From positions 1 to 64,000 of the forward strand of contig JBBDRK010000067.1 in NCBI GenBank assembly GCA_040905465.1: a DNA stretch of 64,000 bases, given 5' to 3'. A program made the translations under genes and the position numbers. The notes beneath the pieces are model-generated. The model saw nothing but the letters and a program-made list of their open reading frames with translations, searched no databases and was not told the DNA's origin. The stretch is from Trueperaceae bacterium. Lineage in GTDB: Bacteria > Deinococcota > Deinococci > Deinococcales > Trueperaceae. This document shows, one piece after another, positions 9,101 through 18,079 of the stretch (positions within the stretch are counted from its first letter, which is position 1; each line of letters begins with the position of its first letter).

Positions 9101-10008
9101 ACCTGGAAAACCCTTTCCCTGCCGGCGATCCGGACCGGCGGGCGATCTGGGAGATGCTCGTCGAGCGAGACATCGAGGCGTTCGTGAAGCGGAGTTGGAG
9201 CACCGTAGAGGGGGACTTCGTCGCCGAAGGCTTCTTCGGCCTCGACGCCGGAGGTCGAGACCGGCCGGACGCCTGGCGGCTGACGTTTCCGAGTTTGGCG
9301 AGCTACCGGTCCGCCTGGCTGGAGCAGGCCGAACAGATGGCGTTGGCCGCCGATCCCGAGGCGATCCGGGCCGGGTTGGCAAACGCGACCGTGCTGCGCG
9401 ACATCGAAATCAGCGGTGACGCCGCCCTCGCCCACAAGAAGTTCGACGGCACCATCGGGCTGAAGGGTGGCGGCAGCCGGTCGCTGCGCTGGCAGACGCT
9501 CTACTACTGCCGTAAGGTTGGCGCCGAGTGGAAGATCGCCGGCTTCGTCGGCTACCTGCCCAACCCGATGGGAGGCCCGATGGAAGATACTGCGGAGCCG
9601 GCTGCCGGGGCCCGGTCGCGGCAAGGGAAACAGGTGCCGATGGGCGCCAGCCAGCACCGCACCGCCGGCCCGTACTCTCCGGTCTTGCAGGTGGCCGCCG
9701 ACGAGCTGGTGGTGATCTCCGGTCAGGCGGCGCTGGCGCACGACGGCTCGGTCGTCGGAGCAGATGTCGTCGAGCAGGCACGGGTGACGCTGGAGAACTG
9801 CCGGCTCCTGCTAGCTGCCGCTGGTTGCGGCCTGTCCGACGTCTTCAAAACGAACGTGTACCTGACCGACCTGAACGACTGGCAGGCGTTCAACGAGGTC
9901 TACGCTGCGCTGATGCCGGAACCGAAACCGGTGCGCACCGCCGTTCAGGCCGCACTGCTGCCCGGTCTGCTGGTGGAGGTGGAGATGTGGGCTGCCAAGC
10001 CACGGTGA
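9097..10008 (+). CDS. Two-domain protein: NTF2/SnoaL-like N-terminal domain fused to a RidA (YjgF) domain
   Basis: GTG at 9097 overlaps upstream TGA, in frame with ORF 7699-10008; RidA motifs GPYSP, ISGQ, N.VY..D.NDW..FNEVY, PVRT, LVEVE. Confidence 0.82.
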   Translation: MNLENPFPAGDPDRRAIWEMLVERDIEAFVKRSWSTVEGDFVAEGFFGLDAGGRDRPDAWRLTFPSLASYRSAWLEQAEQMALAADPEAIRAGLANATVLRDIEISGDAALAHKKFDGTIGLKGGGSRSLRWQTLYYCRKVGAEWKIAGFVGYLPNPMGGPMEDTAEPAAGARSRQGKQVPMGASQHRTAGPYSPVLQVAADELVVISGQAALAHDGSVVGADVVEQARVTLENCRLLLAAAGCGLSDVFKTNVYLTDLNDWQAFNEVYAALMPEPKPVRTAVQAALLPGLLVEVEMWAAKPR

Positions 10009-10087
10009 CTGGGTGGGTGTCATCCCGCGTGGCACAACCGTTCCGGCTACCTCCACGGCGGCTAAGTGGGTAGCTCCAACTGCGTAG

Positions 10088-10864
10088 TCACTTCTCAGTT
10101 ACAGTGCTACCCGGAACGCCGCCGGACGCCGCGCCGAGGTCGTCCTTGCGCCCGTCCTTGATCCGTGACCATTGGGCGGTCGGACGCCCGTCCAGCCGAA
10201 ACTGTTCCCCTCTAGTACCAAAGCTCTGCGGCCATCCCTCCGGCGAGTCCTCCCAGAACTCCTGCCGGCCATAGACCGTAAGGTCCAGCAGGCCGTACGA
10301 CGGCGCCATCACTTCGTTGCCGCGGCCGGTGGTCCAGTAGGTCTCGTAGACCCTGTCATCGTCCCGGAGATAGCTGACCAGGATGCCGAAGTGCCGGTCT
10401 GCGACCAACCGGTCGACGGCGTCCTGCGGCACCGAGTACCACGGAACCGTCCACCCCATGAATTCGCGATAGCGCGAGCTCTCCTCGTACGGTCCTTCAC
10501 AAAGGGTCGCGTAGCTCACGTCCCGCGAGTTCAGATAGGACAGCTCATTGATGTGGGTCGTGGAGAAGGTGCAGCCTACGCACTGCTCCGCGGCGGGCCG
10601 GCCGGTGTGCCACATGTGGAAGTAGGCGATCAGCTGACTCCGACCCTCGAATAGGTCGATCAACGTTACCGGCCCTTCGGCGCCGATCAGCGGAGTCTGC
10701 GGATCGACCGCGACCATCAGCAGTCGACGCCGTTCGGCAGCCAGTGCGTCCCCGACTCTGGTGTGGGCCTTCTCCTTGACCCTCAGTTCGTCGATCTTCG
10801 CCTGCCACGTCTGCCGATCCGTGACCTGTGGCAATGGACCGCCGGTTGCCGTCTTTTCTGTCAT
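10088..10864 (-). CDS. DUF899 family (thioredoxin-like) protein
   Basis: EKAHTR..DALAAERRRL, LFEGRSQLI.Y, C.GC, LLDLTVYGRQE.WEDSPEGWPQ. Confidence 0.88.
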   Translation of the reverse strand: MTEKTATGGPLPQVTDRQTWQAKIDELRVKEKAHTRVGDALAAERRRLLMVAVDPQTPLIGAEGPVTLIDLFEGRSQLIAYFHMWHTGRPAAEQCVGCTFSTTHINELSYLNSRDVSYATLCEGPYEESSRYREFMGWTVPWYSVPQDAVDRLVADRHFGILVSYLRDDDRVYETYWTTGRGNEVMAPSYGLLDLTVYGRQEFWEDSPEGWPQSFGTRGEQFRLDGRPTAQWSRIKDGRKDDLGAASGGVPGSTVTEK

Positions 10865-10899
10865 GCGACGAGACTAGTCCAGTCACGGTCGGCAGTCAA
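10865..10899 (-). promoter_or_regulatory. Leaderless promoter of the DUF899 gene
   Basis: TTGACT-17 bp-TAGTCT-6 nt-ATG, no SD. Confidence 0.7.
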
Positions 10900-10955
10900 T
10901 GGGTCCGGTTGACACGGGACGAGCGAACGCGCCAACCCCGGCTTGAAGGCCCTGA

Positions 10956-11052
10956 TGCACTCGGCCGTCAGGTTGATGACAGTAGGCTGATCGGTGGCTG
11001 ACCGCCGAGGGCCGCGTGTCGTCGCCGGTGGTTGTAGGAGTCGAGGAAGAGG
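10956..11052 (-). mobile_element. IS481-family remnant (transposase C-terminus and right end)
   Basis: FLDSYNHRRRHAALGGQPPISLL resembles the IS481 YN..R.H.ALGG.PPISR tail; followed by end-like ...TCAACCTGACGGCCGAGTGCA. Confidence 0.7.
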
Positions 11053-11256
11053 TGAGCAGGACGACGAGTTCGTGGTGTGGTTCTCAGTAAGGGAGCCGTC
11101 CTCGATGCGTGAGGCTGAGCACATAGGTGAGAATCTACTTGCCCTTGAGACAGGCGAGATGCGGCGTGTTTGGCTAGACCCAACTACGCTCCCGCTAAAT
11201 GGGAAAGTCGTTCTTGAGGTAGACACTGGCGAACACTTCAAGCTCAGGCAGAGCGT

Positions 11257-11400
11257 GTGCACCACCACCAGCAAGCAGTCTGCGCCGTCGCCAGCCACCT
11301 AGTAGTCCGCATCTGGGCCGTGATCCGCCACGACCGCCCTTGCAAATACCGCGACATCGCCGGCTCGGGCCTCGGCCAGGGGGAGCACCAGGTCGTTTGT
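11257..11400 (+). mobile_element. IS110-family transposase C-terminal remnant
   Basis: HHHQQAVCAVASHLVVRIWAVIRHDRPCKYRDIAG resembles the IS110 HH..A.CAVA..L..RIWAV....PY..RD..G tail; no N-terminal part. Confidence 0.62.
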
Positions 11401-11516
11401 CCCGCAAGTATCCAGCGAACCTGGGGAAGCCGAGTTACTCAACTTGGGGGTCGTGTGGAAGTAGCGTCGCACTGCTTTGCTACTCAACGCCAATTTCGTC
11501 GGTATAGTCGAGGACT

Positions 11517-12263
11517 ATGCAAAGCATTCGGGCATTGGTCGAGCAAGGCACGGGAGTGATCAACGGTTGGTTAAGCATTCCAAGCCCGATAGTGGCTGAA
11601 GTGATGGCCCGCCAAGGGTTTCATTCAATCTGCATCGACATGCAACATGGACTCATCGACTATGGCGACTGCGTTTCAATGCTCCAGGCAATCGGGCAGA
11701 CCGATGCTTTCCCGCTGGTTCGGGTTCCTTCCAACGATGAAGCATCGCTGATGAGGGTCCTCGACGCCGGAGCCCAGGGTGTGATCGTGCCTCTCGTTGA
11801 CACGGCGAGCGACGCCGCTCGCGCTGTCGCCGCCTGCCGCTATCCGCCGCTTGGTAGGAGGAGCTTTGGGCCCACACGAGCCGCAATGGTATCAGGGCCG
11901 GAATATCACCTACGTGCAAACGACAAGGTACTGGTATTTGCCATGATCGAGACCAGCTCCGGCCTGGAGAATATTTACGAGATCGTGCGCACTCCTGGGC
12001 TCGACGGGGTCTACATTGGCCCGTCCGATCTGAGTTACGCTCTGGGGCTCGAGCCTCAATCGGACAACGAGGATCCCAAACACGTGGAGGCGGTGCGGCG
12101 CATCGTAGCGGCTTGCAGATCTTGCTCGCTCATCGTTGGCATTCACTGTGGCGGTCCGGAGTTTGCCAAGCGCGCGCTTGGGGCCGGAGCGGATTTGGTG
12201 ACCGTCGCATCCGACATCAACTGCCTTCGGGCGGAAGCGGGACGGCGCCGCTCCCTTTTCTGA
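11517..12263 (+). CDS. HpcH/HpaI class II pyruvate aldolase family
   Basis: IDMQHG, VRVP, LDAGA.GVIVP, RYPP.G.RS.G, MIET, IGPSDLS. Confidence 0.92.
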   Translation: MQSIRALVEQGTGVINGWLSIPSPIVAEVMARQGFHSICIDMQHGLIDYGDCVSMLQAIGQTDAFPLVRVPSNDEASLMRVLDAGAQGVIVPLVDTASDAARAVAACRYPPLGRRSFGPTRAAMVSGPEYHLRANDKVLVFAMIETSSGLENIYEIVRTPGLDGVYIGPSDLSYALGLEPQSDNEDPKHVEAVRRIVAACRSCSLIVGIHCGGPEFAKRALGAGADLVTVASDINCLRAEAGRRRSLF

Positions 12264-12312
12264 GTTTGGTGACGCCACGTTTCCGAGGGCAGGCCAAGTA
12301 GCGCCCTTCCGC

Positions 12313-12360
12313 TTGACACGGTGGCTTGGCCCCACCTATTCTCAAGTCCATAGAATATAA
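12313..12360 (+). promoter_or_regulatory. Promoter and candidate GntR operator of the 12.4-19.1 kb operon
   Basis: TTGACA-18 bp-TATTCT then CCATAGAATATAA; ATAGAATATAA also occurs at 25481-25471 on the minus strand. Confidence 0.6.
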
Positions 12361-12386
12361 ATAGTAGAAAGCGCGAGGAACCAAGA

Positions 12387-13088
12387 TTGCCGCCTGAGTC
12401 TGAGTTCACACGGGAGACCTTGTCCAGTCGAGTTTTCGCCTGGCTGCGAAACGAGATACTCGTCGGCAACATTGGTTCCGGGGAGAGGTTGGCTGAGCTG
12501 GACATTGCCAAGAGGCTCGGCGTGAGCCCCACCCCCGTCCGCGAGGCGATTCGCCTGCTGAGCGGTGACGGTCTCGTCGAGTATGTCGATCGTAAAGGCG
12601 TAAAGGTGATCTCTCTTTCTGAGCAGGAGATAACCAAGTGCTTCTCGGTGCGCAATTCCCTCGAGCGGTTGGCTCTCAAGGAGGCCTTTCCGCAAATGAC
12701 TGCCGCCGACAAGGAGCAGCTCATGACCCTGGCCGAAGGTACGGCCGAGGCGCGCGGCAAGCCGTTCGGAGTCTTGCTCGAGATCGACAGGAACTTCCAC
12801 GCCTTCCTCGTGCAACGCGCGCAGAACTTATGGCTGACAGAGTTTACGCACCGATTGAGCAATGCCCTTACGGTTGCCCGACTCCCGCTATTCAAAAATC
12901 CTGACATAACCAAGGTTACGGAAGAGCACACGGCCGTAGCCGATGCCGTATTGGAAAACGACCTGATTTTGGCCGATCGCCTGTTGGATGAGCACATAAA
13001 GCGAGTCAGACACAACGCGATCGAGCTTCATCGCAAGATCCATCCGAATGGGCAGGGCGCGCCTGTGGCGCGGAAAGGATCAACATGA
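12387..13088 (+). CDS. GntR family regulator (FCD)
   Basis: GERLAELDIAKRLGVSPTPVREAI; DRNFH...EH. Confidence 0.92.
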   Translation: MPPESEFTRETLSSRVFAWLRNEILVGNIGSGERLAELDIAKRLGVSPTPVREAIRLLSGDGLVEYVDRKGVKVISLSEQEITKCFSVRNSLERLALKEAFPQMTAADKEQLMTLAEGTAEARGKPFGVLLEIDRNFHAFLVQRAQNLWLTEFTHRLSNALTVARLPLFKNPDITKVTEEHTAVADAVLENDLILADRLLDEHIKRVRHNAIELHRKIHPNGQGAPVARKGST

Positions 13089-13993
13089 AGCTAGTCAGCT
13101 ACCGCAGCTCCAGTTCGTCTCCTCCCACGGTCGGAGTACTGGTTGACAATACGGTGCTCCCGGCCGCGAACCTACTTGCGGCCGCCGGATTCGATCCGGC
13201 GGGAGCGGCGACAATGGTGGACTTCATACAACTGCCCAGGGAGACGCTCTCGGCGATCGCCAGCTCTGCGGCAGACGCTGGTACCAGGCCGGACAGGATG
13301 CCAGTTAACAGCGTTGAGCTACTCGCGCCCGTAGCCCGGCCCAGCAAGATCATTGGCCTCGGGTACAACTATCGTGCGCTGTGCCAAAACGAGGGAGTTA
13401 CGCCGGCCGAGATCCCCGAACTCTTCACCAAGATGCCGACTTCTGTGACTGGCCCAAGCGACCCGGTCATCGTGCCCAAGGTAATCGACAAGGTCGACTA
13501 CGAGGCGGAGTTGGGTGTGGTTATCGGCCGCACATGTAGTTCGGTTTCGGTCGACGAGGCCCTCGAATTCGTCGCCGGCTACACCGTGGTGAACGATGTA
13601 ACGGCCAAGGTTATCCCGCGACCGCCAGAGTCCGGCAGTGTTGTTCTGGCTCTTAAAGGCGTCGATACCTTTGCCCCCACCGGGCCCTGTCTGGTCACAG
13701 CCGACGAGTTGCCTGACCCACAGAACCTTCAACTCCTCTGTCGAGTCAATGGTGAGGAGAAGCAGAACTTCAACAGCTCCGACATGATCCATACGGTGGC
13801 CGAGACCATTGCCTACGTCTCAGCGCGCATAACCCTCGAGCCAGGGGACATCATCTCCACAGGAACGTCTTTGGGAATCGGAATCGTCCAGAGACCACCC
13901 GTTTTCCTGAATGATGGGGACGTTGTCGAGTGCGAGATAAGAGGGATAGGCACGATCAGGAATGAATTCGTCCTTCTAAGCGCGAGAGGCTGA
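13085..13993 (+). CDS. Fumarylacetoacetate hydrolase family protein
   Basis: GYNY, DYEAELGVVIG, GYTVVNDVT, K..DTFAP.GP, PGDIISTGT. Confidence 0.92.
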   Translation: MKLVSYRSSSSSPPTVGVLVDNTVLPAANLLAAAGFDPAGAATMVDFIQLPRETLSAIASSAADAGTRPDRMPVNSVELLAPVARPSKIIGLGYNYRALCQNEGVTPAEIPELFTKMPTSVTGPSDPVIVPKVIDKVDYEAELGVVIGRTCSSVSVDEALEFVAGYTVVNDVTAKVIPRPPESGSVVLALKGVDTFAPTGPCLVTADELPDPQNLQLLCRVNGEEKQNFNSSDMIHTVAETIAYVSARITLEPGDIISTGTSLGIGIVQRPPVFLNDGDVVECEIRGIGTIRNEFVLLSARG

Positions 13994-14000
13994 GGGCCGA

Positions 14001-15020
14001 ATGCCGGTTCCGGTCGTACTGGGGCATTGGGACGTCTACGAGTTGCTCCATCGCCAACGAAGCAGTGAAGAGCGGCCGATGGCCCACTCGATCCTGCCCA
14101 ATCTGCGTAAGGGGAACGTCCGAATCGTTTTCTTCGCCGTCGGCGGAGATTCCCGCAGTCACGCCAGTGGCTCCGACAAATTCCTAAGGGGAACCCTCCA
14201 CTCAATGGACGTTGCGATGAGCGCCCTCGAACAGACGAATGGGTGCAGGGTGATCCGGAGCCGAGCAGACCTGCAATTGCTTTCCGGAGACGACGTAGGG
14301 TTTCTGCTGGTGCTCGAGGGCGGGCGCCCGCTCGACGGCGACCTCGCGACGCTCAGGCAGTTCTTCCGGCTCGGCATTCGTTGTCTGCTTCTCACCTGGA
14401 ACGGACGCAACGAGCTAGGTGACGGCGTAGGAGAGGGGACCACTGCCGGGGGGCTCTCCCGTTTCGGCCGCGAGGTGGTCGTGGAAATGCGCAAGCTGGG
14501 AATGGTCCTGGACCTGTCACACCTGGCCGAGCGTGGCTTCTATGACGCCGTCGACCTCTACGACGGTCCGGTGGTCGCCACCCACAGCAACTCGCGAAAG
14601 CTCCACGACCACCCCCGCAACCTCACAGACGATCAGATACGTCGGGTGGCGGAAACCGGAGGTGTGGTAGGAGTCGCCTTCATGCCCGCGTTCCTTTCAG
14701 AGAGGCCTACGGTCGAAACCGTGGTCGACCACATCGAACACATTGCCGAACTGGTCGGGGCGGACCACGTGGGAATCGGCCCGGACTTCTCCTATGCCCC
14801 CGTTGCAGAGGAGCACAAGCGCCAGCGCAAGTACGAAGGGATCCGTGTCGACCTCGAGGTCCCCTACCCGATCGCCGATGCCTCAGAGCTTCCCAAGCTG
14901 GAGGAGGCGCTGTCTAGACGCGGCTTTGAGAAAGACGACTTGGCGAAGGTACTCGGTACGAACTTTGATCGGGTTCTCCTTGACGTGCTCCCGGGCGAAT
15001 CGCCGGCGCACGAGAAGTAG
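14001..15020 (+). CDS. Membrane dipeptidase (M19) family amidohydrolase
   Basis: GHWD, LEG, LTWNGRN, DLSHL, THSN, RNLTD, IGPDF. Confidence 0.88.
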   Translation: MPVPVVLGHWDVYELLHRQRSSEERPMAHSILPNLRKGNVRIVFFAVGGDSRSHASGSDKFLRGTLHSMDVAMSALEQTNGCRVIRSRADLQLLSGDDVGFLLVLEGGRPLDGDLATLRQFFRLGIRCLLLTWNGRNELGDGVGEGTTAGGLSRFGREVVVEMRKLGMVLDLSHLAERGFYDAVDLYDGPVVATHSNSRKLHDHPRNLTDDQIRRVAETGGVVGVAFMPAFLSERPTVETVVDHIEHIAELVGADHVGIGPDFSYAPVAEEHKRQRKYEGIRVDLEVPYPIADASELPKLEEALSRRGFEKDDLAKVLGTNFDRVLLDVLPGESPAHEK

Positions 15021-15041
15021 TCCGGGGACGAGGAGGCCGCC

Positions 15042-15965
15042 GTGCTCGTTGCTTATGCAGCGCGTCGCCTGCTCGATCTCCTGCCAACCCTGCTACTCGT
15101 CTCATTCGTCGTATTCGTTTCGGTGCGGCTGATCCCTGGAGACCCCGTCTTGGCGATTGCCGGACCGGAGGCGACTCCCGAAATAATGGCCGAGATAAGG
15201 GAATCCCTAGGCCTCAACGAACCCCTCTTCACCCAGTACCTCGACTATCTGCAGCGGATCGTCCGAGGTGACCTCGGCACCTCGATACGAACGAAGCAGC
15301 CCGTATGGGACGAAATCGGCCGGCGCCTTCCGGCCACTCTCGAGCTGGCTGCGGCCGGCATGGTCGTGAGTCTCGTCCTCGGAATCGGGTTAGGCGTGAT
15401 GGCAGCCCTGCGTCCCGGCGGTCCGCTCGACGCCTTCGCTCGGCTCGTTTCGCTCTTTGGCGTCTCTTCCCCCACATTCTGGACGGGCCTGCTGTTTGTG
15501 CTCGCCTTCGGTTACTACTGGCGAATCTTCCCAATAGCCGGCCGTGGCGGGCTGGACAATCTGGTGCTTCCGGCCGTGACCGTTGCGCTGACCAGCGTCG
15601 CCTTCATCAGTCGTCTCACCAGGGCGAGTCTGCTCGAGGTGCTTTCGCAAGACTATGTGCGGACGGCTCGCGCAAAGGGAGCCAAACCCTACACCACGAT
15701 TGTCAAGCATGCGCTTCGCAACGCTCTTATGAGCCCGATAACCGTTGCCGGCCTCGAGTTCGGTCGGCTACTTAGCGGCGTTATCGTTATCGAGATCATC
15801 TTTGCTTGGCCCGGTACGGGGAGGCTCCTCATCAATGCAATCCAATTTCGAGACTTCCCGATAATACAGGGACTGGTCCTCACCTATGCTGCCCTCTATG
15901 CGTCAATTAACGTTGGCGTGGACGTCCTTTACGCGGTCCTCGATCCGCGGATCGTGCTCGACTAG
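15042..15965 (+). CDS. Peptide/nickel-type ABC permease (DppB-like)
   Basis: PGDP, GDLG.S, PATLELA, QDYVRTARAKG, HALRNA. Confidence 0.93.
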   Translation: MLVAYAARRLLDLLPTLLLVSFVVFVSVRLIPGDPVLAIAGPEATPEIMAEIRESLGLNEPLFTQYLDYLQRIVRGDLGTSIRTKQPVWDEIGRRLPATLELAAAGMVVSLVLGIGLGVMAALRPGGPLDAFARLVSLFGVSSPTFWTGLLFVLAFGYYWRIFPIAGRGGLDNLVLPAVTVALTSVAFISRLTRASLLEVLSQDYVRTARAKGAKPYTTIVKHALRNALMSPITVAGLEFGRLLSGVIVIEIIFAWPGTGRLLINAIQFRDFPIIQGLVLTYAALYASINVGVDVLYAVLDPRIVLD

Positions 15966-15967
15966 AT

Positions 15968-16822
15968 ATGGCATCGATCACCCAGAACCCATCACCGCGC
16001 TCCTGGCAACTACCAATGGGAGTGGCGACAAGCGGCGTGATCTTGATCGTATTCGTGCTCAGCGCGCTCATTGGCCCTTGGCTGCCCCTACCCGACCCAT
16101 ACGCACAGCGAATTATCGCCTCCCTGGAAGGGCCCTCGCTGGAGCATCCCCTGGGCACCGACCAACTTGGCCGTGACATGCTATCCCGGATCGTCGCTGG
16201 AGCCCGCTACTCCCTGGTCATTGGCTTGGGCGCGGTTGGGATTGGCGTGCTGGTCGGTGTGCCACTCGGCATGCTCGCGGGCTACCGTCGGGGCTGGCTC
16301 GACAAGGTTTTCTCCCGAGTAATCGACGTGTTCCTGGCGTTTCCCGGTATCATCCTGGCCCTGATGGTGGTGGCGATCCTGGGGCCTGGTTTAAACAGCC
16401 TGGTCATTGCCGTTGGGCTCAGGTCGTTTCCGGTTTTCGGTCGCGTGTCCAGGGGCGAGACCATTGCCTTACGTGAGCGCGAGTATGTTCAGGGTGCCCG
16501 CGCGCTGGGCTCACGTGGCCGTCGCGTGCTGGCAAAGCACATTCTGCCCAACCTGGCCGGCCCCCTGCTGGTGGTGGCCTCACTTCAGACTGCCACCGCC
16601 ATCCTCATCGGTGCGACCCTGACCTTTCTGGGTGTAGGGATTTCTCCCGAAGTGCCCGAATGGGGCGCGATGATGAACGCGGCGCGTCCTTACATGCTTC
16701 GCGCCCCTCATCTCATCATCATCCCCGGAGTGACGATGATGATCGTCATGGTTGCGCTCAACACGATCGGAGATTACATCCGGGATCGCAGCGATCCCTT
16801 TTCACAACAGATTCGCAAGTGA
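15968..16822 (+). CDS. Peptide/nickel-type ABC permease (DppC-like)
   Basis: HPLGTDQLGRD, REYVQGARALG, HILPN, PEWG. Confidence 0.93.
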   Translation: MASITQNPSPRSWQLPMGVATSGVILIVFVLSALIGPWLPLPDPYAQRIIASLEGPSLEHPLGTDQLGRDMLSRIVAGARYSLVIGLGAVGIGVLVGVPLGMLAGYRRGWLDKVFSRVIDVFLAFPGIILALMVVAILGPGLNSLVIAVGLRSFPVFGRVSRGETIALREREYVQGARALGSRGRRVLAKHILPNLAGPLLVVASLQTATAILIGATLTFLGVGISPEVPEWGAMMNAARPYMLRAPHLIIIPGVTMMIVMVALNTIGDYIRDRSDPFSQQIRK

Positions 16823-16930
16823 GCTTCGAAATCGAGGGAGGTGCAACCGAACCTGAGTGTCAGCGACTGCTCCTCATCACGATGTTTCCGTCGGCAGCAC
16901 GGGCCGGCGCCAAATTACGAAAGGTGGTTC

Positions 16931-18079
16931 ATGGCATCCATACCCCAGATAACACCCGAGGAGTTTCGAGACAGGCAGTCGAAGGCGGTCCAGGCAGCGG
17001 ATGATATGGGAGCAGCGGCGCTGCTGGTAGTCGGGGGTCCCTTCTACGACAGGCCCGGCGACCTCGCGTATCTGACCGGGCACTACCCGCCGTTTCCCTC
17101 CTCCAACTATGAAGGCGACTACCGCGGCCTTGGCTACGGTGCCGTGGTCCTGCCGGTAGATGGAGGGGCATATCTAGTCAGCGATACAGCCGCATACCGA
17201 GAGGAGCGTGTCGTAGCCGACGACATACGGCCGGCCCGGAACGTACCCCGCACTCTTGCCGAGCTGCTGCGAGAGCTGAAGCTCGCCTCACAAACCGTTG
17301 CTTTCGTCGGGTCCGAGGTCGCCCCTTATGCGTTCGTCCACGAGTTCGCAGAGGGACTCTCGCTCGATCTGAAGCCGGCAGATTCGATCCTGAGGTCCGC
17401 GCGGCGCAAGAAGAGCGCTGACGAGCTGGCAATGCTTCGGAGAGCTGCCCAGGTCGCAGAAGTCGGAATGGCCGCCGCTCTCGCCGCAATCGAATCCGGA
17501 CAAACCGAGTCCGAAGTCTGCGCTCAGGGAATAATGGCGTCGATGGCCGCGGGCGCCGACTTTGTACGCTACCTCCGGGTACTCTCTGGTCCGTATGCCG
17601 GCTGGCCCCACCGCTGGCCCCCGGCAACCGACAGAGTGTTGCAGGATGGCGAGACAGTATGCATGGACCTGATAGGGGCAGTCAACGGCTATCAGTTCGA
17701 TATCCTGCGAGCAGGAGTAGTTGGGGAAGGCAGCGACGAGACCAGAGGGCTCATGCAACTCGCGAGGGACGCCACCGAGGCGGCAATCTCCGCTTGCGGG
17801 CCCCGGGTTCCTGTCCGGGATGTTGTGGCAGCTGCGGATGATGTTCTTGCCGGCGGTGGTCAGCTGGGGAATCGGGCAGGTTTTACCGGCCACGGCATAG
17901 GGCTGGAGACGGTCGAGGCTCCGCTCATAATGAAGGAATCCAACGAAGTGTTGCGAGAAGGGGACGTCATCTGCCTCGAGCCCGGGATCCTGGTCCGAGG
18001 TTCCCATGGCGCTCGCTTCGAGTACGAAGTGGCGATCACTGACCGTGGACACGAGGTGCTGGCGCGAGGCGAAGCGTGA
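16931..18079 (+). CDS. M24 (Xaa-Pro peptidase/creatinase-like) hydrolase
   Basis: YLTG, R..KS..E, D..........D, GHGIGL, EPG, RFE; AAGG RBS before ATG 16931. Confidence 0.87.
   Translation: MASIPQITPEEFRDRQSKAVQAADDMGAAALLVVGGPFYDRPGDLAYLTGHYPPFPSSNYEGDYRGLGYGAVVLPVDGGAYLVSDTAAYREERVVADDIRPARNVPRTLAELLRELKLASQTVAFVGSEVAPYAFVHEFAEGLSLDLKPADSILRSARRKKSADELAMLRRAAQVAEVGMAAALAAIESGQTESEVCAQGIMASMAAGADFVRYLRVLSGPYAGWPHRWPPATDRVLQDGETVCMDLIGAVNGYQFDILRAGVVGEGSDETRGLMQLARDATEAAISACGPRVPVRDVVAAADDVLAGGGQLGNRAGFTGHGIGLETVEAPLIMKESNEVLREGDVICLEPGILVRGSHGARFEYEVAITDRGHEVLARGEA

Noticed and set aside
16819..16930. VSFEIE after dppC as a relic of a deleted ABC ATPase
   Set aside because: Only about 6 residues of resemblance; could be chance
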